This document shows, one piece after another, positions 14,823-23,911 of a stretch of DNA of 64,000 bases. Source of the DNA: an uncultured Chloroflexia bacterium. GTDB taxonomy: Bacteria > Chloroflexota > Anaerolineae > Anaerolineales > UBA4823. A program made the position numbers and the translations under genes. Below the pieces are notes generated by a model. The model saw only the letters and a list, made by a program, of their open reading frames with translations. It was not told the DNA's origin and did no database searches. Position 1 is the first letter of the stretch. Each line of letters starts with the position of its first letter. The DNA is taken from contig CAWJHE010000006.1 of assembly GCA_963842455.1 (NCBI GenBank), positions 357,624 through 421,623 on the forward strand, written 5' to 3'.

Positions 14823-15880
14823 TATTTTCCGCAACCCTCCCTTGATTCACACGGCACCAGCCAATAGCCATCCGCATCGCCCTCGGCGGTCCAGCCCAGC
14901 AGACCAGTGCCAAACTCAACCACTTGCCACCACACCATGCCATCGGCGCAGTGCGGACCGTCGATTATTTCCATGCCTTTTCCAGGCTGGATCATCCCGA
15001 TGACCTGGTAATTCTTCCCAGGACCTGAACGGACACGGTTGGACAGGGGCGGGTCTGTACTGACATAGGCAAAGCCATTCACTTTTAGCCGGGTTGGCAG
15101 CAAGCCTCTGCAGGCTGGGGTTTGCATGCTGAAAGAGGTTGGATCCAGGATGGCTGTTGGGTCGCAGGGCAGAATGGTTTCATCACCAAATGGGTCCCAA
15201 TATTCTTGATCATATTCGCCGAGAAAAACCGTGCGTAAGATGTATGCTTCCTGGTAAGGGATAAAAACAAAGGCAGCCAAATCGCTAAACAGGCCAGGGT
15301 CCATCTTAGCACACCCATCGTAACAGAATTCAGTCATCGCCCAATCAGGGTCCCAGCCCGAGGTCCAAATTTTTAGCCCATCTAAATCCTGATGAAAGCC
15401 AAGACATGAGATCTGGCTGGAGTCATCCAGGCGATTTTGAAGCTCCCTTAAGATTTCATCTTTTTGATAAGGTTTGCCGCCTTCGATGGGATTATTGGTT
15501 AGATAGAAATAATCCTTGTCGATGATATCTGCCAGTACCGCCGCATCCCGGTTTTCGAGCATCCACAGGAAGCCCTGTGCTATCGATTGCAGATCGGTGC
15601 GGTCGATCTGGAAGACAGGCTCAGCAGCCGGCATTGTGGGTTGGGATGTCGCCGTTGGCGGAGCGGGCTGGGCGGGCTGCGCCGGCTGGGATGTCTCAGC
15701 TGGCGATGGGGGCTGGGTGGGTTGGGCAGGCAGCGGATTGGTTGGGGCGAGGTGTACGACTTCTGTTGGCAACGGCAAGGCGATCTCTGGTTGGGGGTTT
15801 TCAGCCGTCAGGCTGCAAGCCAGGATTGCCAGGCTAATAACAAGCAGGATGGCTAAGAAGCGAATTTGGCGTTTATTCAT
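14822..15880 (-). CDS. lipoprotein with a Pro/Thr/Gln-rich linker and a C-terminal SH3b-like domain
   Basis: Signal peptide plus lipobox LAILAC. Low-complexity stretch PTQPPSPAETSQPAQPAQPAPPTATSQP. C-terminus LKVNGFAYVS..RVRSGPGKNYQVIGMIQPGKGMEIIDG..WWQV. Confidence 0.65.
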   Translation of the reverse strand: MNKRQIRFLAILLVISLAILACSLTAENPQPEIALPLPTEVVHLAPTNPLPAQPTQPPSPAETSQPAQPAQPAPPTATSQPTMPAAEPVFQIDRTDLQSIAQGFLWMLENRDAAVLADIIDKDYFYLTNNPIEGGKPYQKDEILRELQNRLDDSSQISCLGFHQDLDGLKIWTSGWDPDWAMTEFCYDGCAKMDPGLFSDLAAFVFIPYQEAYILRTVFLGEYDQEYWDPFGDETILPCDPTAILDPTSFSMQTPACRGLLPTRLKVNGFAYVSTDPPLSNRVRSGPGKNYQVIGMIQPGKGMEIIDGPHCADGMVWWQVVEFGTGLLGWTAEGDADGYWLVPCESREGCGK

Positions 15881-15980
15881 GTTGATTTTCCCTCTTGTTT
15901 ATGCTTGAACATCTGAATTTCATCTCTCATTGGGCGGAAGGCCTGCAGCAACCCAGATCGAAAAATGATCACGGATGCTA

Positions 15981-16395
15981 CTACAGCGCGGCGAAGATCA
16001 TGATATCCACCCCAAATGGATCGACCACAGGGTAGATGCGAACGGGTTTGTACATCAATTGGTCAGATGGTGCTGGACCCGCTTGCACCGGCAGCAAGAC
16101 AAGCGCTCTGAAACGCCTGTGCATCTTCAATAGTCTCGAATTCGAATGTGATCTCAATATTTTGTGGATTGCCGTGCTTACCCTGTAAGAGGGTAAACCA
16201 ACCGTTCCCGATCGGCCAGCCTCTGGTCCCAACACCCTCCACGTAGCCTGGCGGCCCCAGAACTTGCTCGTAGAAAGCGACCGCGGCCTCGAAATCTTCA
16301 TAAAACAAGGTTGTACCAAAAGTGCCTTTGTAACGATAGCGAGGCAGAGGGCATGGATCAACGAAATAAGCTTTTTGATAGGTATCGAAATCCAT
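15981..16395 (-). pseudogene. VOC (glyoxalase/bleomycin-resistance) family protein, interrupted by a 1-nt insertion near 16077-16080
   Basis: ORF 16063-16395 ends ..AAGASGSSTI*. Deleting one base in the ggg/t region gives ..ASGPAPSDQLMYKPVRIYPVVDPFGVDIMIFAAL* (stop at 15981), a typical VOC C-terminus. Confidence 0.65.
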
Positions 16396-16487
16396 CCTGA
16401 CTTATCCTTGGAATAGCGAACCCCATAAGCAGATGTTGGCCTCTCGATATTACCACATTTAGCAAGCTGGTCGGCTGAACGATAAGG

Positions 16488-16575
16488 TTTTTTTGATCTC
16501 TCGCAGAGCCGCAAAGTGCGCAGAGTTTTTTTGATTTCTCGCAAAGCTTGCCCTCCAGTGTGCAGACGTAGCTTA
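16488..16575 (+). repeat. Dispersed intergenic repeat, copy E (two heads)
   Basis: tttttttgatctctcgcagagccgcaaagtgcgcagag followed by tttttttgatttctcgcaaagcttgccctccagtgtgcagacg. Confidence 0.8.
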
Positions 16576-16608
16576 GGTTGCTCGCCAGGTCCCAGGCCAC
16601 AATCTGGT

Positions 16609-17424
16609 TCATGGTTGAGTGGCCCTCGCAGTTCCATCCTGTTCGCTCAACCCGTCTGCGCTTTCGATCAGGTCTTTTAGCCGTTGGATGAAGCGCGCCG
16701 CCGGGGCGCCGTCGATGATGTCGTGGTCGAAACTGATGGTGACGCTCATAAATTCACGCACTTCGATGCGATGTTCCACAACCCCTGGTTTTTCTGCGAT
16801 GCCGCCCAGGGTGAGCTGCAGGGTATGGTTTGGCACCGGGATGCCCCAACCGCTGCCCGTTCCAAACATGCCAATGGAGGTCAGCAGCACTGTGCCGTAG
16901 TATTCTTTGAGCATTTTGGGGTTTTTGAACAGGGCTTTCAAGAAGAGCCTTCTGACAAAGCCAGGTAACTTGATAAACCAATCGATGAAATTTGATTCCC
17001 GGCTGTCTGAGTGCCCCTTTTGAAAGGCACGGATCTCCTCATGCAGCTCACGAATACTTTTGGTGTTCACGCCACGCATGATGTGCGGCCGGATGGTCTT
17101 TTTGCTATCTACCTCTACTTCGAAGAGCATATTGACATCCACTTCATCGAAAATAACCAGCTGGTTGCGCCAGTTCCGGTAGGCATGCATGTGGCGGTTT
17201 TGCTGGATTGCTTTACCAAGACAGGCTAAGATGAAGGCTGAGAATGACAGGGCCTGTCCGCTTTGAGCTTTTTGCTGGTGCAAAATCTGCCGGGCGCGGG
17301 TCACATCGAACTCCACCAAGCCATGGATGGTATGTTTCTGAATGCCAAGCTGACCGCCATCGGCCATCAGCAGTCTCGCTCTGGGGTATGGCAAAACGGT
17401 GTGGGAGTCAGGTGAAGTGTCCAT
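16609..17424 (-). CDS. 2-oxoacid dehydrogenase acyltransferase (E2 catalytic domain only) family protein
   Basis: C-terminal catalytic motif ISFDHDIIDGAPAARF (DHxxxDG). No lipoyl or E3-binding domains. ATG 17424 lies 1 nt after the upstream GT stop. Confidence 0.75.
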   Translation of the reverse strand: MDTSPDSHTVLPYPRARLLMADGGQLGIQKHTIHGLVEFDVTRARQILHQQKAQSGQALSFSAFILACLGKAIQQNRHMHAYRNWRNQLVIFDEVDVNMLFEVEVDSKKTIRPHIMRGVNTKSIRELHEEIRAFQKGHSDSRESNFIDWFIKLPGFVRRLFLKALFKNPKMLKEYYGTVLLTSIGMFGTGSGWGIPVPNHTLQLTLGGIAEKPGVVEHRIEVREFMSVTISFDHDIIDGAPAARFIQRLKDLIESADGLSEQDGTARATQP

Positions 17425-17425
17425 G

Positions 17426-18710
17426 TTATTTCTCTCTTTTACTCGCTGCGGGATGGCCAAAATAAGTTTCGACGATTTTCACGGCATTGGCAGCGCCATC
17501 TTCAGCACGGATGCTTTCACCGGTTGACCTGGCGCGTTGCCGGATGCCCGGGTCGTTGACTGCCAGGTGGATGGCCTTCGCCAGGCTTTCTGCACTCAAC
17601 TTCTTCTGCGGTATGGGTGCGGGACCCAGTCCCAAGGCCTTGATGCGGGCGCCCCAAAAATATTGATCGAAAACAAAGGGCGTGATCACAGATGGTATGC
17701 CAGCGCGCAAGCCTTCTGCGGTTGTGCCTGCGCCGCCATGGTGAACAACCGCAGCCATGCGTGGAAACAGCCAGCTGTGGGGCGCAGAGTCGAGCACGAT
17801 AACATGATCGGGTAAGTCTGCTGTTCGCAGGCCACCCCAGCCGGTCAGTAGTAGACCACGCTGACCGCTCATGGAGAGCGCTTCAAGGATCATACTGGTT
17901 AAATGTTCCGGATTGTTGCCAGCCATGCTGCCAAATCCAAAGTAGACGGGTGGGTTGCCGGCATCCAGGAAGGTCAGCAATTCTGGCGCAGGCTGCCAGC
18001 TGGTGTGGTCATCCAGAAAAGAGGTAACCGCTGATATGCAGGCTCTCCGGCCAGTCAGGCGGGTGCGGGATGATCGTGGGGCTGTAGGCGCTCAGCATGG
18101 GTGTGGATTTCAAATTGTGTAAGAGCTGGGTGAAGGAAGTTTTCTTTAATCCGAGCTGCTGCCTGAACTGGTTGACAAAGGGCTGGTACCACAGCCAGAT
18201 GACATTGAGCATGGCCACGCCGGACAGAGAATTGTGCCAGCCGCCCAAATCTTTCTGGACCGGCCAGGAGGGAGCCGGGAAAGCCCTGGTCGGCAGCAGG
18301 GGCGTGGGTTCGATCTGGATCATGGGCATGTTCAGCCCTTCTGACAATGCTTGACCGAAGGCGCTGAAGACACCCAGGCAGATGAGCGCGTCACTATCCA
18401 GGCAGGCCTGGTGAAGATCGTTAACCATGGTCATTACGATGGGGGCGATCATGCTGCGCATGGCGCGGATGGATTTGATCGGATTGGCGCCGCCCGTTTG
18501 CATGAAGCTTCGCCCGGTATCGCTAGCCATGATCTGCTGGACATCCCCGCGCAGCGGATAAAATTCCAGGCCGTGTTGCTCAACAAAATCCCTGAAGTTT
18601 TCAGGCGCCGCCAGGCGGATTTGATAACCTGCTTGTTGCAGCCCTTTGCCCAGGACGATGCACGGTTGGATATCACCCCGCGAGCCTGCTGCAAATATGG
18701 TTATTTTCAT
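17426..18710 (-). pseudogene. GT1-family (MGT / UDP-glycosyltransferase-like) glycosyltransferase, split by a 1-nt insertion in an A4/T4 run at 18017-18020
   Basis: N-terminal half 18009-18710 (MKITIFAAGSRGDIQPCIVLGKGL). C-terminal half 17426-17980 (PPVYFGFGSM..HHGGAGTTAEGLRAGIPSVITPFVFDQ). Removing one T gives GYLFLDDHTSWQPAPELLTFLDAGNPPVY. Confidence 0.8.
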
Positions 18711-19684
18711 CCATCATTCCTAAATTGCAGACAATAATGGTGAAACGTATTACTGACCCAGGCGTTACCCAGGCCGTAGGGCGCCAGGCGGATATCGTCC
18801 TGGCACCAGATGCGCTCGTCCTTCAGGGTGTAGACACGGCTCAGGTTGCGCGCCAGGTCCCAGGCCAGGGGGTAGATGCGCCCGCCTTTTTTGACGTTTT
18901 TGACAATGATGGTCAGGTAGGCAGCTGGCTGTAAACAGGGTTTCAGTGCGGTGTAGATGTCCGTTAGTTTTTCCAGGAATTCTTCATAATCCTCAATATT
19001 GCCCAGGTCTTGCGGGTCGTCGGAATAGTAGACATCCACCTGCTGATCCTGGCGGCGCTTGCGCTGGGTTTCGGCGCCACGGGCGCGCAGCATGTCCCAG
19101 TAGGGCGGTGAGGTGAGCACATAATCGATGAGGGGCATATCGTATTGGCGCATATATTCGGCCAGGTGGGCTGCGTCGCCCTGGATGATCTGGGCGCGCA
19201 GTTGGGCGAACTCGATTGCCGGTTCTTGACTGGCGGGTGGTGGCTCAGGTCCTTCCGATGCACCCGGAGATGGTGGATGGTCTTCAGATGTGTTGAGCCA
19301 TTTTGCAGCGGGGTTTTCGGGGGGTTGAGCTTGGTTGCCGGAGCGGGCGGCTGCTTCCACCAGTTGGGCTTGCTCATCAGCCACTACCTGGGCGGCGATG
19401 GATGCGTAGTGCGGGTTGAGCTCGACGCCAAAGCTGTGACGACCGGCGCGCAGGGCGGCCACCAGGGTACTGCCGGTGCCTGCCATGGGGTCTAGCACCA
19501 CCTGGCCGCGTTTGGTGAAAAACTCGATAAATTCCTGCGCCAGAGTCTCGGGGAACTTCGCCGGGTGGCGCAGGACGTCTTTGCGGCGCGGCGGGGGATT
19601 GTGCACAAACCAGGATTTCTGAAATTTGAGCCAGGTTTTGGATTCCAGGTTGTTGAGCTTGTTGCGGAAGGGTCGTTTTGGCAT
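18707..19684 (-). CDS. SAM-dependent methyltransferase with N6A/N4C DNA-methylase-type motifs (orphan)
   Basis: HPAKFPETLAQEFIEFFTKRGQVVLDPMAGTGSTLVAA..GVELN (motif I region) precedes LTSPPYWD (motif IV). A ~70-aa P/E/A/Q-rich insert lies between them. ATGA overlap with the GT gene. Confidence 0.65.
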   Translation of the reverse strand: MPKRPFRNKLNNLESKTWLKFQKSWFVHNPPPRRKDVLRHPAKFPETLAQEFIEFFTKRGQVVLDPMAGTGSTLVAALRAGRHSFGVELNPHYASIAAQVVADEQAQLVEAAARSGNQAQPPENPAAKWLNTSEDHPPSPGASEGPEPPPASQEPAIEFAQLRAQIIQGDAAHLAEYMRQYDMPLIDYVLTSPPYWDMLRARGAETQRKRRQDQQVDVYYSDDPQDLGNIEDYEEFLEKLTDIYTALKPCLQPAAYLTIIVKNVKKGGRIYPLAWDLARNLSRVYTLKDERIWCQDDIRLAPYGLGNAWVSNTFHHYCLQFRNDG

Positions 19685-19711
19685 GGGGGCTTTCTGTTGA
19701 ATGGTTGGTTG

Positions 19712-20491
19712 TTATTCGCTGACCTGGTATATGACCAGCTCGGAAAAATTGACGGTGATGGCATCCGTTGCGGCGGCGCGCACATACAAACCCAGGCTGC
19801 CGCTCAAGATGGAGCTGTCGCGCACGCTGAACAGGAATTGTCCATTGGCGTAGAAGCGCATTTCCCTGCCCAGCGCCCAGACGCCCAGGCGTGAGAAGCT
19901 GGGTGCGCCGGGTGGCACCGCGCCGCTAAAAGTGGGCGGGTGAGGGGCTGAGGCAACGCCTCCCAGCAAGCGATCCAGGCGCGCTTGCCCGTCACAGGTC
20001 AGGCCAAAACGGAAGAAATCTTGAGAGGATTGCATGCGTAACAAAAGCCCATACTCATCGTTGCCGCGGCAAATGCTGGGGCTGGCGGTGATCTCCAGGT
20101 AGAAATTTTCCAGGGTGAAGCCTTGCAGCAAACTGGAAACGTAACCGCGCTCCTGGTTGACCGCCAGGGATAGTTCGTTCACTCCGGGCGCGACTACGCC
20201 TTGCGGGGTTCGTCCCTGGGTCCAGGTTTGCGGATCGGAGAAATCGTCGCGGAAAAATTCCTCTCCATAAATGGGGCTGAGGTCTATAGTGGGCGTGACA
20301 GCGATAGTTGCCCTGGGCAGGGGAGTAAAGGTAGCTGTCGGGGGAAACCAGACGATAGTTGCAGTGGGCGTTTCGGTGGGCGGTAAGGAGGTTGAGGTAG
20401 GGAGAGGCGGCAAGGGTGTGGAAACAGGCAGACAGGCGCTCAGCCCAGCGCTCAAAAAAATGGTTAAAAGGAACAGTCCGAAACGCAGCAT
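19712..20491 (-). CDS. hypothetical lipoprotein (possible lectin/LamG-like beta-sandwich)
   Basis: Signal peptide plus lipobox FLSAGLSAC, a PT-rich linker, and no catalytic motif recognised. Confidence 0.5.
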   Translation of the reverse strand: MLRFGLFLLTIFLSAGLSACLPVSTPLPPLPTSTSLPPTETPTATIVWFPPTATFTPLPRATIAVTPTIDLSPIYGEEFFRDDFSDPQTWTQGRTPQGVVAPGVNELSLAVNQERGYVSSLLQGFTLENFYLEITASPSICRGNDEYGLLLRMQSSQDFFRFGLTCDGQARLDRLLGGVASAPHPPTFSGAVPPGAPSFSRLGVWALGREMRFYANGQFLFSVRDSSILSGSLGLYVRAAATDAITVNFSELVIYQVSE

Positions 20492-20669
20492 AGGCTTAGT
20501 TTACTATGAAATGCTGCCATGCCAAGACCGCAAGCCAGCGAAAATCGTGCAGCATTTCTCGGGTTGATGTAAAATTAATAAGTAGCCTGAGAGCGGTTTT
20601 GTAGCCAGGCTGATTTGAGCGGGTTAGGTTTTCCCAAAATTTGATCACAGACCATCAAAAGGAGCGAAA

Positions 20670-21680
20670 ATGCGCAAAAAAGGGATTTTGATTACCGGCG
20701 CGGCGGGCGAGATTGGAGATGCTTTGATTCGCAACCTGGCTCAACAGGGGGAGAATCGCATCATTACCTTGGACCTGCGGCCTTTGCCGGATGAGAACAT
20801 GAAACTGGTTACCCATGTGCAGGGCGATCTGATGGATGAGAAGCTGCTCTCACGGCTGGTGAGCGAATACGAGATTGCTACCATCTATCACCTGGCAGCT
20901 TTGCTCTCCACACGCGCCGAGTTCACCCCCGAGCTGGCTCATCAAGTTAATGTAGAAGGCACCCTGGGGCTGCTCAAGCTGGCCTCGGAACAATCGCAAT
21001 GGCGCAATGAACCAGTCTTATTTCTGTTCCCGAGCTCCATAGCGGCTTATGGCATGCCTGACCTGAAGGTGAAAAGTGAGTACCCGCGCGTGCGTGAATG
21101 GGAATGGAATTACCCGCGCACCATGTACGGCTGCAATAAATTATATTGTGAAATGCTGGGGATTTATTATAGCCAGCACTACCGCCAGCTGGCAGCTGAA
21201 CGACCGATTATGCTCGATTTCCGCGGCTTACGTTTCCCTGGTTTGGTCAGCGCCTACACGGTTCCCAGTGGCGGGACGAGTGATTATGGTCCGGAGATGC
21301 TGCATGCCGCAGCCAAAGGCGAGGCATACAACTGTTTTGTGCGCGAGGATTCCACCATCCCCTTCATGGCCATGCCAGATGCTGTGAAAGCCTTGTTGGG
21401 TCTTGCTGCTGCTCCGGCTGCTGCGCTGAGCCGGCGAGTGTACAACGTCACCAGTTTCAGTTTGTCTGCATCAGAATTTCGCGACCAGGTTTTGGGTTAT
21501 TTTCCTGATGCCCAAATTGGTTTTAAACCCGATAAACGGCGACAGGGGATTGTGGATAGCTGGCCGGCAGGGTTGAATGATAATGATGCCCGGCGGGATT
21601 GGGGTTGGAAACCGGATTATGACCTGGAGCGAAGTTTCAGGGAGTACCTGGTGCCTAATATTCGCCAGCGCTATCAATAG
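20670..21680 (+). CDS. NAD-dependent epimerase/dehydratase family protein (L-threonine 3-dehydrogenase-like extended SDR)
   Basis: GAAGEIGDAL Rossmann motif and YGCNKLYCE (YxxxK). RBS aaaggag. Confidence 0.75.
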   Translation: MRKKGILITGAAGEIGDALIRNLAQQGENRIITLDLRPLPDENMKLVTHVQGDLMDEKLLSRLVSEYEIATIYHLAALLSTRAEFTPELAHQVNVEGTLGLLKLASEQSQWRNEPVLFLFPSSIAAYGMPDLKVKSEYPRVREWEWNYPRTMYGCNKLYCEMLGIYYSQHYRQLAAERPIMLDFRGLRFPGLVSAYTVPSGGTSDYGPEMLHAAAKGEAYNCFVREDSTIPFMAMPDAVKALLGLAAAPAAALSRRVYNVTSFSLSASEFRDQVLGYFPDAQIGFKPDKRRQGIVDSWPAGLNDNDARRDWGWKPDYDLERSFREYLVPNIRQRYQ

Positions 21681-21699
21681 CCGTTGAGGGTAGATTTTT

Positions 21700-21738
21700 A
21701 AAGGATGGACTGAGGCTGTTATTTGGTCCATCCTTTTT
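21700..21738 (+). terminator. Intrinsic terminator after the epimerase gene
   Basis: 11-bp stem aaaggatggac / gtccatccttt followed by ttt(c). Confidence 0.6.
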
Positions 21739-21784
21739 CGCGGTAAAATTTCATGGTTAATTCTGAACAGTTGGAGCGGATAAT

Positions 21785-22960
21785 ATGAGTGAGGGTTTAA
21801 TGGTAAATGTAAATCAAGAAATGGAGAAACAGGCGCCGGGGGTGGTGGTTTTGTTTGGCTCAGGTGAGACCTCTCCCAGCGGGCGCAAGGTTTTTGATCA
21901 TATCCTGAGCTCGCTGCCTAAGTCGCCGCGAGTCCGACTTTTAGAAACACCGGCTGGATTTGAGTTGAATTCCGAGCGGGTGATTGGCAAGGTGGGTGAA
22001 TTTATCGAGCAACGCCTGCAGAATTACCAGCCTCAAGTCCAAGTGGTGCCTGCTCGCAAGCGCGGTACAGATTTCTCCCCAGATGATGAAGAGATTGCTT
22101 CCCAGCTTTTGGATGCTGATTTGATCTTTATGGGACCTGGCAGCCCTAGCTATGCAGTCCGCCAGTTGAAGGATAGCCTGACCTGGAACTACCTGCTGGC
22201 CCGGCAGCGGCTAGGCGCTGCCCTGGTGCTGGCTTCAGCTGCTGCCATCGCTGTCAGCACCTACGCCTTGCCGGTTTATGAAATTTACAAAGTCGGTGAA
22301 GATCCGCACTGGAAAACTGGTTTGGATTTTTTCGGTTCCTATGGTTTACCCCTGGTGTTTATCCCTCACTGGAACAACCAGGATGGCGGTGATGAGCTGG
22401 ATACCAGCCGCTGTTTTATGGGTCAGTCACGCTTTGCTGGATTAATGGAGCAGCTGCCTCCTGACCTGACCGTGATGGGGATTGATGAGAAAACGGCTTT
22501 GATCCTGGATATGCAAGCCGGAGAGGCGCGCGTGATGGGGCTGGGTGGGGTAACCCTGTTGCATACCGGGCACAAGCATGACTTTTCTAAAGAAAACCCG
22601 GTCAGTCAAAACTTGCTGCAGGTTGCCAGGCAAAGGCGCGGCCATGTCCACCAGTATCATAGCGGAGATGTATTCCCGCTCAGTGATTGCTGCCCGTTTG
22701 ATGAGCCCGTATCACAACCAGGCATCCCCACTGAAATTTGGGAGAAAGCCAGGCAGGTGCACCAGGAATTACAGAAGGATGAGCAAAGCGATTCTGCGGA
22801 AGATGTACCACAGTTCGTTTGGGACCTGGTTGATGCTCGCCAGCAGGCGCGAGAACAGAAACAGTGGCAGCTGGCGGATGAGCTGCGCGCCCAGATTGCC
22901 GCCCAGGGTTGGCAGGTTTTGGACACGCCGCAGGGACCGAAACTGGAGAAGGTTGGTTAG
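21785..22960 (+). CDS. hypothetical protein: peptidase S51 / class-I amidotransferase-like N-domain plus a CysRS-C-terminal-like helical tail
   Basis: VVVLFGSGETSP..LIFMGPGSPSYAV..LASAAAIA pattern in the N-domain. The tail LVDARQQAREQKQWQLADELRAQIAAQGWQVLDTPQGPKL resembles the C-terminal segment of cysteinyl-tRNA synthetases. Confidence 0.45.
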   Translation: MSEGLMVNVNQEMEKQAPGVVVLFGSGETSPSGRKVFDHILSSLPKSPRVRLLETPAGFELNSERVIGKVGEFIEQRLQNYQPQVQVVPARKRGTDFSPDDEEIASQLLDADLIFMGPGSPSYAVRQLKDSLTWNYLLARQRLGAALVLASAAAIAVSTYALPVYEIYKVGEDPHWKTGLDFFGSYGLPLVFIPHWNNQDGGDELDTSRCFMGQSRFAGLMEQLPPDLTVMGIDEKTALILDMQAGEARVMGLGGVTLLHTGHKHDFSKENPVSQNLLQVARQRRGHVHQYHSGDVFPLSDCCPFDEPVSQPGIPTEIWEKARQVHQELQKDEQSDSAEDVPQFVWDLVDARQQAREQKQWQLADELRAQIAAQGWQVLDTPQGPKLEKVG

Positions 22961-23011
22961 ATTGCTTCACTAAGTTCCTAATGACATTAGAAATTATATG
23001 GAGTGGATAAG

Positions 23012-23911
23012 ATGCAAGAGAATTTAAGAGTTGGCTATATTGGACTGGGCTTGATGGGGAAATCCATGGCGCGCAATATTCTTAAGGCTGGTTTTCCTTT
23101 ATGGGTGCATAACCGCAGTCGCGGCGCGGTGCAAGAGCTGGTCGCGGAAGGTGCACAGGAAGCTTTTTCGCCCCAGGAAGTTGCCTCACATGTGGATATT
23201 CTTTTGACCAACCTGCCGGATTCACCCGATGTTGAGCTGGTTGCCCTGGGTGAACAGGGTGTGATCCACGGGGCAAAACCGGGGCTGATCTTCATCGATC
23301 ATTCCACCATCAAACCGGCTACGGCGCGTAAGATTGCTGAGGAATTGGAAAAACAGGGTGTTTCAAGCCTCGATGCCCCTGTCAGCGGCGGCGATATTGG
23401 GGCAAGGGATGGTACTTTGACGATCATGGTGGGTGGGGATGCTCGGGCTTTGGAGAAAGCCATGCCGGTGCTCAAATCTGAGGGTAAATCAATTACCCAT
23501 GTGGGCGAGAGCGGGGCAGGACAGATTGCCAAGGCTGCCAACCAGATTATGGTGGCCGCGCAAATGGTAGCCATGGGTGAATTGTTGGTTTTTGCAAAAA
23601 AAGCTGGCGCGGATCCGCAGCGTGTGGTTGAAGCCATTCGCGGCGGGGCGGCTCAATGCTGGACCCTGGATGTCAAAACGCCGAGGCTTTTCTCAGGCAA
23701 CCGTGCTCCGGGTTTCAAGGCTTATATGCAGGCAAAAGACCTGGCGATTGTCCAGGAAACTGCCAGGCAATATGGCATTCCTTTGCCTTCATCTGCGGTG
23801 CATGCCCAGTTATTCTACGCGATGTTGGAAATGGGCATGGCTGAGCTGGATAATTCTGCTGTGCTCGGAGTCTTGGAGACTTTAGCTGGTATTGAGCTAC
23901 TCGATGAATAA
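23012..23911 (+). CDS. NAD(P)-dependent 3-hydroxyisobutyrate / 2-hydroxy-3-oxopropionate reductase family oxidoreductase
   Basis: VGYIGLGLMGKSMARN dinucleotide-binding motif and DAPVSGG. ATG 23012 is preferred over GTG 23003 on RBS spacing. Confidence 0.8.
   Translation: MQENLRVGYIGLGLMGKSMARNILKAGFPLWVHNRSRGAVQELVAEGAQEAFSPQEVASHVDILLTNLPDSPDVELVALGEQGVIHGAKPGLIFIDHSTIKPATARKIAEELEKQGVSSLDAPVSGGDIGARDGTLTIMVGGDARALEKAMPVLKSEGKSITHVGESGAGQIAKAANQIMVAAQMVAMGELLVFAKKAGADPQRVVEAIRGGAAQCWTLDVKTPRLFSGNRAPGFKAYMQAKDLAIVQETARQYGIPLPSSAVHAQLFYAMLEMGMAELDNSAVLGVLETLAGIELLDE

Noticed and set aside
15981-16637. 218-aa minus-strand ORF spanning the VOC gene and repeat copy E.
   Set aside because: Only its last ~30 codons are real (the VOC C-terminus after a frame break). 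The rest reads through the intergenic repeat (..LCALCGSA-type pseudo-peptide) and an alternative frame of the VOC gene.
20492-20669. Possible riboswitch upstream of the epimerase/threonine-dehydrogenase-like gene (aaatgctgc..gcagcattt and agcctg..caggct stems, with a CUGAGA-like string).
   Set aside because: It does not match any riboswitch consensus I can recall (for example TPP, glycine or SAM) beyond short chance strings. It is left unannotated.
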